Assembly: GCA_023213395.1 (NCBI GenBank)
Contig: CM041465.1
Location: 171,003,741 to 171,067,740 of the forward strand
DNA length: 64,000 nucleotides
Reading direction: 5' to 3'
Source: Cycas panzhihuaensis
Lineage: Eukaryota; Plantae; Cycadophyta
This document shows positions 1 through 12,592 of the stretch, piece by piece. The position numbers and the translations under genes were made by a program. Within the stretch, counting starts at the first letter, position 1; each line of letters begins with the position of its first letter. The notes below the pieces were generated by a model. It was not told the DNA's origin. It made no database searches and worked only from the letters and a program-made list of their open reading frames with translations.

Positions 1-1050
1 AGGTAGGAGAAAATATTTAGTATATCTAAAAGTTACCTCTAGAATTATTTTGATTTATGGGGCCTTATCCTATTAACATTTAGGGTTAAATATATACACC
101 TACTAGGAATTTGAGCAAGCTTAGGCACATGAAAAAGTAAGTTTTTGTACCCTTAATAGGAACTTGTGCGCACTAAGTAGATGTCCTTATTTAGGAAATT
201 AAGCCCTTATACCTTAGTCATTATGACATAGGTTTCATATTTTTTGGGTAATATTTTCAAGTATAAGACCATGAAAGGAGAGAGACAATGATGAATTTTA
301 GAATAAGCAATATATATCTTGATTTTGTGTATGTTTTTTAAGGAGACATGAACATAAGCCTATGAACTTCTCTTTACTTGGGCATTTCCACCTTAGTGTA
401 CATCTAATTATTGTCCTATATTGTGCACTTATTATGACTCTCTTACCTATCTTGTTTTTAGCATTTATGTACTATTTTCAAGGATGAGATGGAGGAATAA
501 GAGAAGTGTCGATAGATTCAATGTAGCTTTAAAGGTGATTCAAACAATGCTAATGCACTTGTAGCTTCTTAACCATATACATATGCATGCCATGGTTCAC
601 TCTTGTTTATATCTCATTGTACTATGATTCTTATGTCCATGACTTATGCTTGTATTTTAGCCACATATAATTTCAATATAAATTTGTATGCATATTGGTT
701 TAAATGATATAGTGACAACATCATCAAATGGCCTTCTCTTTCACATTAAATATACACATATGAATTTGTAGGAAAGTAAAACGTTAAAGTCTATGGTCTT
801 CTCCTTTGTGTTGAATATGTATTGATTATTGTTTCAAATTTGCTTTGATTATCATTGCCACCTAGTTAAAATTTCCTCATTATTTTTAGATACCATTTTA
901 TTGAGTGCAAGTTACATTTGTTTGTCTTCTTTTTTTATTCGTGTTTCAGTTATTCAACCTAGATTGCTTGTAGTCTGGAACATGTTATTTGTACTCGCCT
1001 TATCACACTACTTGTATTCCTTAATTGCCTAGAATTATTGGGCTAGATTC

Positions 1051-1389
1051 TTGACCATGCGAATTTAAGATTCATGTATGCATATTAGCTCAAGGGAGAT
1101 CAAGGCATTAAAGTGTGTGGCATGTCACCTTTTTTATATACATAGTTTATATTCTTAGTCCCTTCTCATCCTTGTCACATATTATAATTATAGTTGCCAA
1201 GTCAATTTTACATATGGCATGTTGTATGCATGCATCTTCCCTTTTCTAATGTTGCTTGACTAATTTAAACCCCATTTAGAAGCATATGTGGCTTCCTTAA
1301 GTGGTCAAGTTTCTTTTTGGGTCAACCACTCTTTCTCTTCATGGGTATTCACACTTGGGATACATTTATCTTTGATTGCCTATATATAT
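1051..1389 (+). promoter_or_regulatory. Promoter of LRR-RLK copy 1 with five W-boxes and a TATA box
   Basis: TTGACC 1051, AGTCAA 1200, TTGACT 1256, GGTCAA 1303, GGTCAA 1320; ctatatatat at ~1380, ~60 bp before the ATG at 1446. Confidence 0.6.
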
Positions 1390-1445
1390 GAGTTTGAAGG
1401 AGGTTAACCCACACATAGCCCTAAGATTCATCTTCAATTTTGAAG

Positions 1446-3373
1446 ATGCATCTCTTATTGTTATTTGTTTTGTCCTCTCTTAGATTCCTTCTATCGTTCT
1501 CAACTCTTGTCCAAGCATCTCATTTTAATCCTCATCCCTACCTCAACAATGCTAGTGATAGGCACTCTCTTTTGGCATTCAAGGCTTCAATCATGTCTGA
1601 TTCTAACTACGTATTAGGCAATTGGGATTCTAATGTAACCTTCTGCAATTGAAGAGGCATTTGGTGCAATTCAAGAAGAGAAAGAGTGGTGGTCATAAAT
1701 CTCCAAAGGAAGGGCTTAAAAGGTACCATCACCCCCTTTTTAAAAAATCTCTCGTTTTTGCACACTCTACGACTTGGTAATAATAGTTTTTATGGTCCCA
1801 TTCCACACGAATTAGGAAGCCTCCGCCTATTAAGAACCCTTTCGTTGCCGATAAACGAGTTAAGAGGGTCCCATTCCGACGGCACTCGCTAACTGCAGCA
1901 AATTGGAAATCTTAGCTCTCTCGTTCAACCAGCTGAGCGGAATCATTCCGCTGAGCTATCTCTTCTAACACGTTTAGGGATACTTTACCTTCATCAAAGC
2001 AACCTCAAGGCCACCGTTCCTCCATCGTTGGGAAACCTCTTTGCCCTGGTGGAATTGGACTTGGGGGTGAACAATCTGCAGGGTGTCGTTCCCCCTCGGT
2101 TGGGTCTCCTCATTAATCTACAGTCCCTTTTGATTAGCGAGAATCATCTGAGCGGACACATTCCACCGTCCCTTTGTGGATCGTGGATACATTTGCCTGC
2201 ATGTCTCGCTTCTGCATCCGGGAAACACACAGATCCTGCACACGAACTTCTCAAAAGAATAATAGCGTCGGTAGCTGCCGTTGGCGGTCTTATACTGTTC
2301 ATCTTACCCGTGGGCTTCTTTCGGAGTCGCAATTGGTATCCCAAGCATTTGGATCTCTCCAAAGGTTTTACGCCAAAACGAGGTCCCACAAGGATTTCAT
2401 AGCAGGAGCTTCTTACTGCAACTAATGGTTTCGACGAGGCCAACTTGTTAGAGTTGGTAGCTTTGGGAAGCCATTCTCCGTGACGAACCCAAAGCTGCCA
2501 TAAAGGTGTTTCCTTTGCAGAACGAAGAGTCTGACAAAAGTTTTACGAGAGAATGCAGAGTATTGAGAAGAATTCGGCACCGGAATCTGGTTCGAATCAT
2601 AACCTCCATGTCCGACGAACACCTCAAATGTCTGGATTTTCAGTTCATGCCTAATGGAAGTTTGGAGAAGTGCTTGCATCCTGCTACAGAAGACAATACC
2701 GTGGATACAGAAGCGTGTGGATTAAGTTTGAGTGATCGATTGAATGTGGCAATAGACGTAGCCCGTGGCATTACATATTTGCATCACGATTGTTTTGAGC
2801 AGGTGGTGCACTTTGATTTAAAGCCTTGCACATCGCCCCAGGTGGCCCTCTTATTTGTATTCTCTGTGGATTTGTATTGGAATTGGAAAAACCAAAATCT
2901 AATTTTGTGTGAATTGGAATGCAGAGTATGAATTGAATGAAAGGGTTTCAACCAAGGGAGATGTGGACAGGTATGGCATTTTGTTGTTGGAAATGCTTAC
3001 AAGGAAAAAGCCAACCGACGCCATGTTTGCGGAAGGGGATTTGAACCTGCACAAGTGGGTCGCCTTGGCTTATCCTGATAGAATACCCGATGTGGTCGAT
3101 CGCAGCTTGCTGGAGGGTTTCAATACTGACCGGCAGGAGATCGTCCGCTATTGTCTTCTTCGACTCGTGCATGTGGGATTACTCTCCTCCAAAGAATCAC
3201 CAGAAGACCGACCGGGCATGAGAGCGGTGGTGGAGGCATTGGAAAGTGTTAGGCAGAGCTTTGAAGGAACCACACTGTCTGCCAGATTGCCATCGGATAT
3301 ATGGCATTTAGTGGGCAATACAAGTGTCCTTGGCGGAGGGTTGGAATCCCGAAACTCTACTACTGCTCTCTAG
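1446..3373 (+). pseudogene. LRR receptor-like kinase pseudogene (LRR-XII, EFR/FLS2/XA21-like), copy 1
   Basis: Signal peptide, LRRNT, ~7 LRRs, TM segment and kinase fragments (AIKV, HRNLVRII, HFDLKP, KGDV, RPGM). Lesions relative to copy 2: TGA at 1650, +1 at ~1862, -1 at ~1950, 1224-bp in-frame deletion at ~2171, TAG at 2400, small deletions at ~2450-2467, ~121-bp deletion at ~2830 removing DFG and the activation loop. Confidence 0.93.
2842..2924 (+). other. GT-AG intron in the kinase APE motif of copy 1
   Basis: gcccca g|gtggcc...aatgcag|agtat; this intron position is typical of LRR-XII kinases. Confidence 0.8.
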
Positions 3374-4878
3374 GTATTTGCTTCTAAGATATCACGCCGC
3401 AAAGTAGGTGCTCTTCTTTCTTTAACAAGTTGTATACCATTTTGGAACTCGCAAATAATTACGTGGATGTTATCGTTCAAATGATTGGTTTGATATCTAA
3501 ATATTTTGCATTCGATGAATTTTTTTTTATAGTTTATAAGTGTATGGATGTTTTTCATATGATGTCGAACTTTATGGAGATTGTTTATTATGCTAAAAAG
3601 GATTAATGCATTATTAAGTAGAGAAAGACTTTAAAAAGAATTAATGCCATGAACTACGAGAATCCATATTAAGTAGAGAAAGACTTTAAGATGAGTTGGT
3701 ACTAATATGTGTATACATGAATTTGGAGGGGGTGGAAGAAATAATATAAAGAAAAGGGATCTTATGACATTGTCATTTTAGATTATTTGTCCATTCATCT
3801 TCTATGGTCATTATGCATCTATCTCCAAATAATAAAATATAATAAAACAACACTTCTTTGAGAGTGAGGATGAGAGAAGAGAGGGGAAATGAGTGAGGTA
3901 AGAGACAATGCACTCAAATATGGGATGGGACATGGGTACAAAGGGCTAAGATGACATGATATTAGATGTGATATAAGTGTAAAGAGGATAAATAATATGT
4001 GATTATAATTAACGTTAAAAAAATAATATCAAGTATGCATGTACATATACAGATAAATCCACGATAATTATTTGCAATCACAACAATCACCCACTTGATA
4101 ATATTTTTTGGGATGAAATAAGATTTCAAACTATCAATTATTTATGAAAATGATAAAGAATATATAAATAAGCTCTTATGCAATTATTGTTTAAATGCTC
4201 GAAGCTATACTAATAATTAATCAACAATACATAAAATATGCTAATAATTATTTTAATACTCAAGTAAAAATCCTTTCGTCAAAACATCTTAAAAAATAAA
4301 CTCATGCATATTCTCTTAATAAGACTTAAAGGCACGGTATACAATAATTTTACAAGAGGCTACCATCATAGCTAAATAAACACAAATCAAACCATAAGAA
4401 TATTGTAACATCATAAACTTTTCTTCAAAAATTACTTTTTTACAAGTGAAACTAAAACAATATATGATCTATATGTTTATCATGCTACTTATGTTACTCA
4501 TGTAGGGGTATGTGTCAAAATTGTAGCTAAAATAACTTTTAAAAAAACTAAATTTAATATCAATATTTATCATAAAAAATGTAGGTATAAAAGGCTTCCA
4601 TTTTTTATAAAAATAGAAGAGTACCCAAAGCTACAATATGATATGCTCAATGAAATTTACAATGATGCCATGAATAAAAAGTTAAAGATTCACTAAAAAT
4701 ATAAAATTATATAATTCCTAAAGTAAAACTTAGATTTATCGAGGATAAGGGGACGGAGACCCTTCCTCCTCTCCCTTTAATGTCCTAATCTATATGTTTC
4801 TTCTATGAGTCCTAGGATACCTAAGAGCTTACAGGGATAGTAGATTCATATTGGGAGTGTAGAATTTTTAACTTGTTT

Positions 4879-6350
4879 TGATATAACATATTAACAAATG
4901 TATACGGGTAGAATATGTATTAACCATTAATGTATTCATAAATATATAAGTATCAATAATTACATGATCATTCAATAATATAAAGGATAATAAGGGCAAT
5001 CAAAGAGTCAATCATGAACCCATAATATAACACAATGCTTAACATGAAAAGCCTGTGCATGGAAAAAAACACCTCTAAAAATCACACATACGATATCATA
5101 TTATATAATAAACTTGACTTTGTTACTTCTTCATATCTACAATGTGATAAAGAACACAAGAAAAATGGAGGTAGATGGAGTGGTGATGAAGATGAAGTGT
5201 ACCAAATAAAGACACACCACAATGAACCTAAATAAAACAAATATTTGATTAACAAAATATAACTTTATAATGCATAGGGTGATGTGCTTATAATAGCACA
5301 AGATCACCTTTAAACCTTAATTCTTATATTATTTTATTAACCTACCTCTAAGTTGACCTATCACCCATTTCCTGCATTATTTAATTAGCATAACACTAAC
5401 CCGACTAACCTAACTTAATTCCATGTGAACACTATTATCCTAACCTAAATTTATATGGTGAGGATCACCATATGCCCTCCCCACTTAAATGCTTTACCCC
5501 CAAAGCATCTAAATACATGAATACATATGATTACCACCTCCTGTTGTTGCTAGGATGTTTATAGTAGATGTTTCATCCTTCTACCATAATATGAAAACTA
5601 CTATTGCACTTGATATTAGAGAAGAATGATGCTTTATATACACCTTTTCTGTTGAATGGGAATATGCATCAAATGAGTGTAGTCCCTTTTATTGGATATC
5701 ATTATCAAAGAAATGAGGACCCATGGTGTAATAATTAGGGGATCTACAAAATTAGGGATCTAATTACTCTTACAAGATGGATAAAGATGGCACCTCTATT
5801 TTATACTTAAGCTCTCTTTTAATGCTTACATATTTACACTACATGGTTGAGTGATATTGGTCCTTTAAAAGTTCACCTTGTTTAACATGTAACTCATAAT
5901 TTTCTTCTAAGGTGATAAGCTCTATGTTGATCACATTGTGATTTAGTGGAGAGCTAAGCAAAGGGATTTCAACATGCTTATTCAAAGTTGGTAAAAAAGA
6001 AAAATTTACATCAACCATAGATTTTGTTTCCCTAATTTCTTCTTCTTCTTCTTCTTCTTCTTCTTCTTCTTCTTCTTCTTGCTTGGTCCTTCCTCTCATA
6101 AGGGAACTTTAATTAGAAATGAGTTCTTTATGTGCTAGTGGAGAGAAAAATTAAGGAGACCCAATTTTGGCCTATAGTAGTCAAGATATCATTGATGTAC
6201 CCACCACTAAAGTTATAATTTTTAGTTATAGAATACCTTAACAAATCTTCTCATACACTATTAGGTTAACCTCTTTAGAGTATGTGGGTGAGGTTGTATG
6301 TTAGTCATCAAAAGTGACTAAACCATAAAGACTAAAATGAAGAAGTTGGG
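4879..6350 (-). mobile_element. Eroded LTR-retrotransposon relic (probable Gypsy 3' LTR ~4879-5469 with PPT and decayed internal sequence)
   Basis: The minus strand reads ...aagtggggagggcata-tggtgatcc, a purine tract followed by TG. Boundaries are uncertain. Confidence 0.35.
6037..6080. repeat. (TTC)n microsatellite, ~14 units
   Basis: Seen directly in the sequence. Confidence 0.95.
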
Positions 6351-6354
6351 TCAT

Positions 6355-6355
6355 G

Positions 6356-6398
<43 letters not shown>

Positions 6399-6451
6399 TA
6401 CATACATACATACATATATACATATATACATACACACATACACACACACAT

Positions 6452-6483
<32 letters not shown>

Positions 6484-6515
6484 GTATGTATGTATACATA
6501 TATACATACATATGT
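6355..6515. repeat. Compound (TA)n/(CA)n/(TACA)n microsatellite
   Basis: Seen directly in the sequence. Confidence 0.95.
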
Positions 6516-7129
6516 ATTCATGTGCAATGTAAATCTTTATGAAATTATAAGATCTAATGGTAAACTTTAATATCTAGTATAAATAAAGTGCAAAATATAT
6601 TACATAATAGCCTAAAATTAAGCCCACAAAATAAGGATTCTTCTAGAATAGATGAAATTAAATTTTGAGTCCATATGGAAAAGATATAGGCAAAACTATA
6701 AATGTTGGTGCTAAAATTTTAAGATGGCTCTTTTAATTAAGTTTTAGCCCCTTTAAAAATGTGAACTTGGTCACTCTATCTCATGCATATGAGCTCTAGT
6801 GGACTTCACTTATAAATAAGCTAAGGTTTAATATTTATAACCTTGCAATATAAATGATAAAAGAAAAAAAATATATTATACTTATGCATTGATTAACTAA
6901 CAAATGATGGTAGACAATGAGGGTTCAAAGATGTATTTTGAGCTCTATAGAACTCAAATTCATTGGAAATTGTAGAAGGGAATGTACCCCTACATTTACT
7001 TCAATTTCCCATTTAGAAAAATGAAAATTGCTATATGTGGAGGGAGATCCATGTTATTAAACATTGTATGGGAAACAATCAAGTGACAGATTGAGTGGCC
7101 ACTTCATAGAGATGGTGTCTTTGATAAAA

Positions 7130-8223
7130 TTAGATTATATAATTTGATCATTTAATGGTTAATAGCCATAAGAAATATCAATAGCTTTGGCTTGAATATG
7201 GTATTTCAAGCCCACAAAAATCTCTAAATTATATGGAGACAGCAAAACTTTCCTCACTACTTATCAATTATTAACGTAGTCAAAATTTGCATCACTTGCA
7301 AAGTGCCTTATTAAAGTAATTTCAAATCTATCACCCTTTTAATGTGGCTATATACATTCAAAATCTAAAATCTATGCACCATACACCATTCTTTGTTTAA
7401 GCATTCAAACTAGCATATAATATATTCCCGTTCCTCAACCTCTTTATAGTCCCCTCTATAACTGTATTTATTGAATTATTCCTTTTAGCATAACACTTAT
7501 TTAAATAGTTTATATCAATTCCATAAATATAACAAGTCAATACAAAACATCTTCCTCTACCTTTTCCTTAAGGTATAGGAGCTTTGTTGTTTTCTCTTCC
7601 ATGAGATCTTCCTCTAGTATTTTTAGAACTTGAAGCTTGAAAATTTTGAGCTTAAAAATTTTGAGAATATATATTTCCCTGAGGATCCAGTCTCCTAAAT
7701 CTTCCCCTTAATCATGTTATTGAGATAAATGGTTGCTTCATATTTTTATTGGAATTTTACTTTCTTTCCTCTTCTATGAGTAGCATGGAAAGTAATTAGT
7801 CAATTATAAGTGTAGATAAGTCTCTAATGACTTCTATGGTTGTTGTAATATTCTCAAACTTCTTAGCTTTTGTTACACACCATATAATTTTCTCTACAAC
7901 TCTTTGTTCTAGGACTTGTTCCCTTAGAGCTTGTATTTAAATCACTACATCTTTAATTCTAATGATAAAGCCATTGATTAACTCATAAGCATATATTCTA
8001 AGGCTCTTAAAGTTCTTTCTAGTTGTTTTTAATATTATACTTATTGTACCGTCATAAGTTATTTTAAAAGTATCCCAAACTTGCTTAGCAATTATTCCAC
8101 TTGGAAGGCAAGGGTATACTTCTTCTTCTAGATTTGCATAAATAAATTCAGGTGTAAGAGCATTCTTTATTTTATTTTTTGGAGTTGAAAAAGTAAAACA
8201 TTTGATACTATGCCTTAAAAACC
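7130..8223 (-). mobile_element. Old Ty1/Copia gag (UBN2-type) and integrase remnants, downstream of the LINE insertion
   Basis: Minus-strand translation ...AKQVWDTFKITYDG...IQALREQVLEQRVVEKII...ENITTTIEVIRDLSTLIID, followed by faint WH/DFCG integrase-like traces. Confidence 0.7.
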
Positions 8224-8381
8224 TTTTTTTTTTTAATAAGATAAAATGGAATTTATAGTGGGTTTGAAACAGGATCCCACAACCTAATACATCAAAGAAT
8301 CTTATGTAACCAAGTCATAGATGATCGTGACAACCCCACGGTCTAGGCCAGAGAAGCTAGATGCCATGACAAGCCCCGCGG

Positions 8382-11300
8382 CTAGCTGTTATGAACCATA
8401 TCCTTCTCAACCAGAACCATAAGGTCCTTAGGGAAATCGCTCTTCCACACTTGACCTATCTTGTTCCTCACCCCCCAGTTTGCCAAAAAATTAGTTGGTT
8501 TGTTGCCTTCTCTCAGAGTGTGTCTTATACAAACATCTGCCAATCCCTTAATGATCTCCTTGGTATCATTAAATAAGGGTTGGAATCTCCAGTCTGGGAG
8601 GACTGTACCTTTCAACGTGTTTAACACGACCTCTGAATCCCCCTCGATTACCAGTCGCTAAAATTTTCCTTCTAGGGCTAGGTCTAAGGCTTTAAGCATA
8701 GCGTGCATCTATGCATAATGGTTTGTTTGGCATTCGCAGTACTCCATAAAGGCCCAGATTGGAGTACCTTTGTGGTCCCTACAGATACCCCCCCCCCCCT
8801 CCCAGCTTCTCTCGGGTTCCCTTTTGCTACCCCATCAAAATTTATTTTAATCCAGGGCTCTTCTGGAGGCTGCCAACTACTACATCTGGGCTTAGCCGCG
8901 TCAAAATCAAGCTCTATACCCCATTTACGTAGAATCCTATTCGCAGCTAGGGATATACACTTTTCATTGATATTTCTGATATTTTCTCTAATGTCTGTAC
9001 AAATTCTGTTGAAAATAGCAATCTGGTCCATCTGAGTCGCCTGGAAAATCTTGCAGTTCTTCTCTTTCCAGATGTTCCACGCCAGAATCGGAAGTGCAGT
9101 CTTCCAGATACAACGCAATGTTCTACTTCTAAATGGGCTAAGCCAAGCAATCCGGAGATCAATAATCTTTTCTGAGAATGTCCAGCAGACCTCCAGTTTT
9201 TCAAGCAGCATCCTCCATACCTCCCTTGTGAAAGAGCACTCTAGGAAGGTATGGTCCATGGATTCCTCTTTAGTGTAACATATAGTACATCTGTTTACCA
9301 GCAAAAAACCCCTCTTTTGAGGTTATGAACAGTGAGAATTTTATTTCTAAGACAAATCCACCAAAAGATAACTATCTTGGGGATGATAGGGAACCTCCAT
9401 ACTCCTACCAATATTGGGTTACTCTGGTCCCCTCTTGTTAAGCATAAGTAGTGGTATCCTTGTTTGATAGTGTAATCCCTGGACGAGCTCAAAGGCCACA
9501 CAATTGAATCCGGCGAAGGTATTCTAGGGATATAGCTCTTTCCTAGAATCCTTTTAATGGCATTAAGACCCTCTTGCAATCTTTCTCCCTGGATTTTCGC
9601 TAAAGTCCTCCAGTTCCCGTTCCTACCGCTCCCGGTCCAATAATCTTTTACAAGTATACCTTAATGCCTGATACAAGGACCCACGATAGGTGCCAGCTCC
9701 AAATATTCCTTTAGAGCCTTGTCACAGCACCACGCATCCTCCCAAAATCTAATGGAATTACCATCTCTAAGTTTCTATTTCAGGCTATTCCTTATAGCTT
9801 TCCAAGCTTTAAGAATATTCCTCTAGACGATTGAACTAGCCTGAGAAGCATTATTATCTATGAGAGAGTCCCCTTGGATATATTTTCTAGATAAGATCCT
9901 CTCCCATAGTCTCTCTCCCCCTTTCAATAATCACCATCCAAACTTTGCCCCGAAAGTGGCGTTAAAGGGAGAGAGCCTTCTCAGGTTAAGGCCACCAGCC
10001 CATTTCGGGGAACAGACCTTATTCCAACTTACCAAATGTATCCTGTCCTTGCTTTCAGCCCTAGACCATAGAAATCTTTTCTGAATGGATTTAATAGTGT
10101 CTGAGATTCCTGACGGGACTATAAAGATAGACGTCCAAAAGACAGGAATGCTCTGTAGTGTAGAAGCAACAAGCTGGAGTTTTCTAGCTAAACTTAAAAG
10201 GGCGCCTTTCCAGCCCACCAACTTCCTTTGTATCCTGTCAATAAGGAGGTTCCACATATCCTTGGTCATCTTCCTAACAAAGAGGGACAAACCAAGGTAA
10301 GTTGTGGGGAGCTTTTTTATACCCATCTCAAGGATTCTGTTGATTCTACGTTAGGTACAGCTCGGGGTATTTATGAAGAAGACATTACTCTTGTTCAGGC
10401 TTATAATCTGGTTCATAGCCTTTTCAAAATGACCTAAGATCTCTTTTAATTTAGATGCCTCCCTTATAGTAGCCTTCCCTGAGAAAATATTATCATGCAA
10501 AAATTTATGATGGGCCACATTATCCATCCCAGATGTCAGTTTAATATCGTTTATAATCCCCTATCTCATAGCAGACTCAATGGTTCTACCTAATAACTCA
10601 GCCATCGTAATGAATAGGAAAGGTAAGATGGGGTCACCTTGTCTCAATCCCCTGAATCCAGGAAAAAAACTGGAAGATGAACCATTGATGATAACTGAGA
10701 ATTGTGGGTTACCAATACACAGCTTTATCCACGACCGCCAAGTTTCCCCAAAGCCAAAAGCCTTAAGGCAGTCGAGCAAGCACTCCCAAGAGACCCTATC
10801 AAAGGCTTTCATGAAATTAATCTTAATGAGCATCACAGGCTCCTTTCTTTTTGCGGCTGAATGAATTGTTTCGTGGACAACGATATAACCATCATAGATC
10901 TGTCTACCCTGAAGAAAGCCATCTTGATTTTGGTAAATGATGTTTGGCATGATTTTCTTTAGTCTGTTAACCAGCACCTTAGTTATGATCTTGTATTTAA
11001 CCTTGTAGAGACTAATGGGGCGGAACTCTTCCATCCTTTTCACCCCATCTTTTTTTGGGATGAGAACGAGGAATGTAGTCTGCCATTTCTATAGAACCTT
11101 TCTGTTTACATAAAACTCCTGTAGAGCATCCATAAGATCCCCCTTAATAATGTCCCAAAACTCTTGGAAAAACCCCGGAGGGAATCCATCGGGGCCTGGG
11201 GCTTTATCTTTCTTCATACCAAGAGCACTGCCCTGACTTCTTCTAGGGTGAACAGAGCTGTTAGCTGAGAATTTTGAGCTTCATTCACCAGATAGGGGAT

Positions 11301-12560
11301 ATTGTTAAGGAAATCCTTCCTCTTTTCCACATCCCTATCCTGCGGCTCAGTAAATAAGTCCTTGAAATATTCGTTGGCCAGCTCCTTTATGCCCTCTGCT
11401 GAGCTTACTATTGTGCCATCTTCCTTTTGAAGACTAGTGATTCTATTGTTCGCCCTATGTTTGGCTGTGGTCATATGGAAAAATCTGGTGTTTCTGTCTC
11501 CCTCAGCCAGCCACAAAGCCCTAGATTTTTGTCTCCAATGAATTTCCTCTATGGTAAGTGTCTCCTCTAGGGCCTCAACCAGCTCCTTCTCTGCCTTATC
11601 TAGCTCTGGGGTTCTGCCCAATGGTTCGATCTGGTCCTCAATTTCTTTCAAATCACAGATGGTTTTGTCCTTTTGTTCATTTATATTATGAAATACTTCC
11701 CTGTTCCAAACCTTCACTTATCTTTTAACCCAGTCCAGCTTCTTCGAGAATCTATACATTGCATGTCCTTTAATGTCAATAGCCCACTAGTCCTTGATCC
11801 TCTTCTGAAGATCTGGATGGTGAAGCTACATTAATTTGAATCTGAAGGGAGCCCTTATGAATTTACCCAGATCCGAAAATTGCAGCAAGAGGGGCGAATG
11901 GTTAGAACTGATCCTCGGTAGAGCCTCTAGGGTGAAGTCATTAAAACACCTCATCCATTCAAAGTTAACCAGTAAACTGTCTAATTTGATTTGGATAAGG
12001 TTATCCCCCAAATGTTTGTTAGACTAGGTAAATGAAGCACCCCTAAGTTTGACATCCTCCAGGCCCCCCTACTGTAGGAAGTCACTGAACTCGTTCATGC
12101 TAGATGTCCAGCCACCAGAGCCACCTCTCTTATCCCCTCGGGATAATGCCAAGTTGAAATCTCCCGCCAGCAGCCATGGGTGTCGGCAGTCCCTATGGGC
12201 CTCCAGTAATCTATCCCAAAGCCTCTTCCTAGCCTCTTGAAGATTTGGGGCATATACATTTGTGGCAAACCAAGTAGTATTGTTACTTTTATTCATTAAC
12301 TGCACTGAAATAAAGGACTCCTCTGCTAGAAAAATTTCACCCAACCATATAGTCGGGCTCCATAGCACCATTAAGCCCCCAACCTCGGTGCCTTCAGCAT
12401 TTTTCCAAATTTTGTTCCTAATTTTTGGTCCATTCTCCTTGGACAGTTTAGTTTCTTGCAAGAAGATCAAGTCCGGTTGATATCTATTTCTCATGTCCCT
12501 AATAATTCTCTGCTTCGAAGGGGAATTGAGACCCCTAATGTTCCATGATATGATTTTTAT
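8382..12560 (-). pseudogene. LINE ORF2 (APE endonuclease - reverse transcriptase - zf-RVT - RNase H) with stops and frameshifts
   Basis: IKIISWNIRGLN, FLQETK, LAGDFN, FRPISL, GLRQGDP, TYLGL, KWAGGLNL, KINFDGVAKGNP, HTLREGN motifs. Confidence 0.92.
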
Positions 12561-12592
12561 CTTTTTCTCCTTTGTTTCCAGACTTTGGCCAT

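Larger units (their letters stand above)
1..4195 (+). repeat. Segmental duplication copy 1 (promoter + LRR-RLK + 3' flank); probably extends left of the window
   Basis: Base 1 (aggtaggagaaaatatttag) aligns to 32597 (aagtagaagaaaatatttag). Collinear at roughly 90% identity until ...gctcttatgcaattattgtttaaa at ~4195, which matches ~37878. Confidence 0.95.

Noticed and set aside
78-86. Isolated TTTAGGG telomere-like heptamers
   Set aside because: They are single occurrences with no tandem array.
5839-6099. Poly-Glu ORF
   Set aside because: It comes from the (TTC)n microsatellite within a decayed retroelement region.
8208-8217. ctatgcctta versus ctatgtccta (13745) as the LINE TSD
   Set aside because: The second copy is part of the ORF1 frame, the match is imperfect, and the first is not flush with the poly(A).
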